Of a DNA stretch of 41,115 nt, positions 35,326 to 41,115 are shown one piece after another; positions within the stretch are counted from its first letter, which is position 1; every line of letters begins with the position of its first letter. The stretch is from Squatina squatina. Taxonomy: Eukaryota. The stretch covers positions 9,452,320 through 9,493,434 of the forward strand of contig JARFOE010000046.1 of assembly GCA_031763465.1 (NCBI GenBank). The letters are read 5' to 3'. The notes below the pieces were generated by a model. It was not told where the DNA came from, made no database searches, and worked only from the letters and a program-made list of their open reading frames with translations. The position numbers were made by a program, and so were the translations under genes.

Positions 35326-35544
35326 AGAAGGAAAAAAAAGCTTTTATTGCTGAACTGCTTCAAGAACACAACAGATTACGAGCTCTACACCAGGCACAGC
35401 CACTCAAGTTGAAGTCTGAACTCTCCGTGCAAGCACAGAAATGGGCGGACCATCTCATCGATATCAGAACACTCCAGCACAGTGTCAGCGAGTATGGAGA
35501 GAATCTCTGGTACAAGTGGAGCAGCAACGCTGTGCTACCAACAG
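35326..35544 (+). CDS. GLIPR2/GAPR-1-like CAP (SCP) domain exon
   Basis: tcttgcag|AG...ACAG|gtagag, 219 bp, phase 1-1; AFIAELLQEHNRLRALHQAQPLKLKSELSVQAQKWADHL...LQHS...GENLWYKWSS has the HNxxR, HS and GENL CAP motifs; not in the ORF track. Confidence 0.9.
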
Positions 35545-35576
35545 GTAGAGGGCTAATACTTCTTCATGATCTTCTG

Positions 35577-35713
35577 CACAGGTAGAGAGCTGAGGGTTCA
35601 GAGTGACTCTCACAGGGAGAGAGCTGAGGGTTCAGAGTGACTCTCACAGGTAGAGAGCTGAGGGTTCAGAGAGACTCTCACAGGGCGCGAGCGGAGGGTT
35701 CAGAGTGACTCTC
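35577..35713. repeat. 34-bp minisatellite, 4 copies
   Basis: CACAGG(T/G)AGAGAGCTGAGGGTTCAGAGTGACTCT starting at 35577, 35611, 35645 and 35679. Confidence 0.92.
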
Positions 35714-36065
35714 CCCGGGGGGGGGCTGNNNNNNNNNNNNNNNNNNNNNNNNNNNNNNNNNNNNNNNNNNNNNNNNNNNNNNNNNNNNNNNNNNNNNNNN
35801 NNNNNNNNNNNNNNNNNNNNNNNNNNNNAGGCCATCTCCAGTGGTTAGCTAGCTTCCAGACTTTTTTATATAGCTCCTTTCACTACCTTGCTGTCCCACA
35901 CTACTTTACTCTTGGAATATAGTCAGTGTTTAATTGTAGGAAATTTAGTTCCTAGTGTAGTGCTGCCAGACACCAGTATAATGGGTATATTCACCATTAA
36001 ATGTGCAACCACAAGCAAATAAAATGTACTTGTATGCATAATACATGTATTAGCTGCAATATTGA

Positions 36066-37190
<1,125 letters not shown>

Positions 37191-37499
37191 GCAGTATTGT
37201 GGTCAGAGCTGAGAGTTTGTTCATTTCACTGAGACCTGTCTAATGTCCTTTTCTTCCTATACCTTTACACTGTTCATGTGTTCTGCATTTCTGTCTCAAA
37301 AGCTGTATAAAATTTCAGTTGTAACCTCCTGATGGTATNNNNNNNNNNNNNNNNNNNNNNNNNNNNNNNNNNNNNNNNNNNNNNNNNNNNNNNNNNNNNN
37401 NNNNNNNNNNNNNNNNNNNNNNNNNNNNNNNNNNNNNNCTGCACCCACTGGCAGTCCTGGCACTCAAACAGGAACAGAATCGATGAAACAAGATGGTGG

Positions 37500-37799
37500 C
37501 CCAGGCCGAGAAAAATGTGTAGCGCCAACTTTTCTAGGCGCTGTTTTCCTGACCAAACTTTAGGCGCTAACTTCGGGAATTTAGCAACGAGGCGTTGCAC
37601 CCACTGATGACATTATTGGAGGGGCTGACACGATCTCGCTGGCCGTGGAGGCGCTAAACATTAATGTCTAAAGTTTTTTTGGTGGCGAATTTTGCTCGAG
37701 GTGCTAAACGGCGATTTAACACCTAAAGAATGTTTCGTGTCCTGTTAATGCCTTAAGCAGGCGTTAAACCAATTTTACACCCCGGCCAATTTCAGGCCC
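37500..37799. mobile_element. CpG-rich MITE-like element ending AATTTCAGGCCC
   Basis: Shares the terminus and TTTAGGCGCTA motif with 15660-15880. Confidence 0.55.
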
Positions 37800-38329
37800 A
37801 ATCATTGCGACATAATCAATGTAATTTGAATAATTACCAGAAATTTCTACATTAGCTATGTATGATATTGAGATTTAGAATTTGTTGTACTCTCACTGGG
37901 ATCTCGTGTAATCAACATTCTTACTGAAAATTGACCACGTTCATAAATTCCTTTGGTCATATCCCCATTTCTCTTTCAATGTCCCAATAATCTGAATGGC
38001 CTTACCCCTAAAATGTCCAGGTTCACATTGCTCTAATCATCAATGTGACAGTGACAGTGACAACTGAGTATAAAACCGCTGTTGCAGTGCCNNNNNNNNN
38101 NTGGTGTCTCAGTACAGGTATATTATCACAACTCCAGATAAGACATGGAGCCAACAGTGCCTCAATATCTACTGAACATTATGGTGTCCTGGCCCATGCG
38201 AACATTATAGTTACTTACAAGCACCAGCTTCAAGCACCAGCATGCAAGATGGCAGCTGGTGAGTGTGACCTATGTGAACTTGATAGTAATCAGGAACAGT
38301 TGGCATGGATTTGTAAGGGCAGTTCGTGT

Positions 38330-38860
38330 TTGATTCATTTTACGAAATATTTAAAGGAAATCACACTATAATAAGGGAATACAGTGGATGTTTTATTTCT
38401 GGATTATCAGAAGCACTTACTAAAATGCCACATATGCGATTTAAGGGATTTGGTATTAAAAGGACTGTTGGTACATGGATAAGGCGGCTGAAAGCAAAGA
38501 ATAGTGCAAATGATTTTTTTTTTAGATTGGCTGAATGTGGGTACAATGCCAAAAGAATCTGCTGAGACAACTTTTGTTTTTTGTTCATATAATTTATTTG
38601 AACATGGGAATGAGGAATAATAGCGAAGGTCGCTGATGATACTGAAGTTAGGGCATGGCAAACTATGAAGGAGATTGCAGTGGATTGCAAGAAGACATAG
38701 ACAGACTAACAGAGTAGGAAGATGGGTGACACATGCAGTTCACTGCAGCAAAGTATGCAACAGTACATAATGAGAAAAAGGAACACTGTAAGGAAGTATA
38801 TCCTAAACAGTAAGATTATTAATGTAGTGGAGGAACAGAGAGAACTAGAAACACAGATAC
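38330..38860 (+). mobile_element. Decayed CR1 RT fragment
   Basis: K.PH.R...GI...WI; GCTGATGATACTGAAGTTAGG (ADDT.LG); LQEDIDRL.E. Confidence 0.65.
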
Positions 38861-38937
38861 ATACATCACACCTGTTTAGTTTACTTCAAGAGTACTGCCG
38901 ATGTTTGTTTGTTTATATTTTTTTAAACTACTTCTGA

Positions 38938-39057
<120 letters not shown>

Positions 39058-40179
39058 TGACTCTTGTGTAAATAGCTGGGATGAGCTCGTGTAGAGCAAC
39101 TACCTCAGTCTGGTGATGTGCTGAATACTATATTTGCATGGTCCTGTTGATTGGATGAGCAGGTCATGGGTCACTTAGTCCAGAAAAGGTGAATTTGACA
39201 GTAGTCTGGTGGAAAGCCCTGCATGACTAACCCAACTTAGCTTGTGGCACTTAGTGTCAACCACTGGTCTTCAAACTCACATTCAGGACCTCCTGCAATC
39301 TTTCATGGACCTCTCCCTGCCAAGATTTGGCTACCCAAAGGGAAACCGTTTTGGGTATACAAGAAAATGTGATAGTAAGCCAGCAGCTACAGAAATCTGA
39401 ACTTTGGCTCAACTAACTCTGTGCAGCAGCACCCCTTTGTGTCCCAGGCACACCCCCATATAATGGTAGATAATAAGACTAGGGTTATGGTATATGCAAT
39501 TTGTACAAATTATTTAATGTTAAACTTTCTACATGAGTAGAAATTGCTTTCAGCCCTGGGATAGGGGAAGAACATCTGAAGGTACTATCCCTTTTGAGAA
39601 TTCTCCTGCTTGAACCCAGGAATATGCAGAATGCTTCATTTCTATTCCTTTTGTCATTTATTACAATAGGAATCTTCCCTACTCATGCCTGCTGTTAATT
39701 CTTACCTATGGCACTGAAGAACCTATGCATCATTTGAGACATGTGCTTTTGATGGCCAATACCTGTCTACTCCCCTAACTATGGAATTCGTGTCCTTGCA
39801 CTTCATCTCCCCCTGACTGCAGCTTTACTTGTGGTGGCCCACTGTCATAGGCATTCCATACTAAAATACAGGTTTGTCCTGTGCTCTAAGGGATCCTTGC
39901 ATTGCTTCCTGTCTCCCTAATCTATTGAATTATCTCCCTTTCATGACTAAGTTGCTCAGGCTGCAGTGAGCCTCCCAAATTTGACTTGTCTCCAGCTCCT
40001 CTAGTGCAAGCCATGGCAGTAACACTGCACATGGTGTCATCCTGGACACCAGCATTCAGGACCATCTACATTGTATAGGNNNNNNNNNNNNNNNNNNNNN
40101 NNNNNNNNNNNNNNNNNNNNNNNNNNNNNNNNNNNNNNNNNNNNNNNNNNNNNNNNNNNNNNNNNNNNNNNNNNNNNNN

Positions 40180-40300
40180 CCTGTACAATCAGGACGGCTT
40201 ACACCCAGGCAGGACCGGAACCGATATCCTCGTGGGGGTGTTTGCTAGTGCTGTCGGGGAGGATTTAAACTAGAATGGCAGGGGGATGGTTACCAAAGCA
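40180..40300 (+). mobile_element. CR1 ORF1 (SGNH esterase) C-terminal fragment
   Basis: LYNQDGLHPGRTGTDILVGVFASAVGEDLN* followed by TGGCAGGGGGATGG. Confidence 0.75.
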
Positions 40301-40627
40301 GGGAGACAAAGGAGAGGGGAAATAAGGGCAGAAAACTAGGGAAGAAAAACCCTGTAACTCATCCTTTCCATGTTCAACTGCAAGCTGTAATGTCAACATC
40401 TTATTAACACGGAATGACCTGCAATGACCCAAACAGCAAAAATGAATCACCTAGAGGTTGACAACTCTGTGTCAGAAGCTTTTGTGCTCAATGTAAACCA
40501 GCGTTGGGAAACTTTGCTAATTCCTGAACTATTAGACTGGGCCTCTTCCAGAATGAGAGAATTCCAGGACCAAAATATCAGGCGAGTGCTCGGAGATCTC
40601 TCAAGATCCAATGGATCCACCACCCTG

Positions 40628-41115
40628 CTACGGGATGATCGTGACACTAGCATCTGCCACCGCTATTGCTGCGTAGACAGGGAGGGTGAGCTTTGTTCTG
40701 TAGCAGTGCATTATGGCACAGGTGTCAGGGTCATAGAAGAGGATTTCACCTCCTTCATAGTCCACCAGCACACCGATCGATGTCGGGCGCTTCAGCAGAT
40801 CCAAGGTCTTCATCTGGCCGTCATGGGCGACCGTGTATTCTTCGTCGTACCGAGAGAAGACCCAGGAGGACTGGTTATATCCGAGTCGGGCTTCGTGGCC
40901 GGAACCTTTGCGCGCAAGGCAGCCGTAAGCCAGTCCCACCTTGTAGGCACAGCTTCTCTCCACGTCCACTCTCCAGGTGTGAACGCCGCTTTGGAAAGAC
41001 TCCAGGCTCAGGGCATTGGGCCAGTGTTCAAAGCGCTCAGGACAGTCCGGGTACGAGCGGACTTTCTTGCTGACAAACGTCAGTCTCTTTTTATTTTCGG
41101 ACAGTGTCAGCGATG
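40628..41115 (-). CDS. BSPRY: B-box and SPRY domain-containing protein, terminal exon (PRY/SPRY), 5' end beyond the window
   Basis: PERFEHWPNAL...SCAYKVG...RKGSG..ARLGYN..SWVFSRYD...AVADASVTIIP* matches recalled BSPRY PERFDHWPNAL...SCAYKVG...SWVFSRYD...AVADQTISIVR. Confidence 0.88.
   Translation of the reverse strand, partial: SLTLSENKKRLTFVSKKVRSYPDCPERFEHWPNALSLESFQSGVHTWRVDVERSCAYKVGLAYGCLARKGSGHEARLGYNQSSWVFSRYDEEYTVAHDGQMKTLDLLKRPTSIGVLVDYEGGEILFYDPDTCAIMHCYRTKLTLPVYAAIAVADASVTIIP

Overview
Eukaryotic DNA, very probably from a cartilaginous fish (shark/ray-type DeuSINE SacSINE1-like, CR1, RTE and L1 repeats). It is a heavily gapped scaffold: short contigs joined mostly by 100-N spacers, so distances and possibly contig order are not real. 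Gene fragments in order: three ANAPC2 exons (+), the start of a PKD1-like PKD-repeat exon (+), three GRIN1 exons (-), an unnamed RNF183/RNF224-type RING gene with a His-to-Asn ligand change (+), RNF208 (-), RNF224 (+), a large TTC28-like TPR(-CHAT) exon (-), a 2.9-kb satellite, a GLIPR2/CAP-domain exon (+), a divergent beta-tubulin exon 4 followed by a beta-tubulin exon 3 (+), and the last exon of BSPRY (-). ANAPC2/GRIN1/RNF208/RNF224/TUBB4B match the human 9q34.3 block as I recall it. No prokaryotic or CRISPR-type system is present. The best leads are the extra genes embedded in this block (TTC28-like, PKD1-like, GLIPR2-like, third RING gene) and the mosaic beta-tubulin. All homology calls come from recalled sequences, not database searches.
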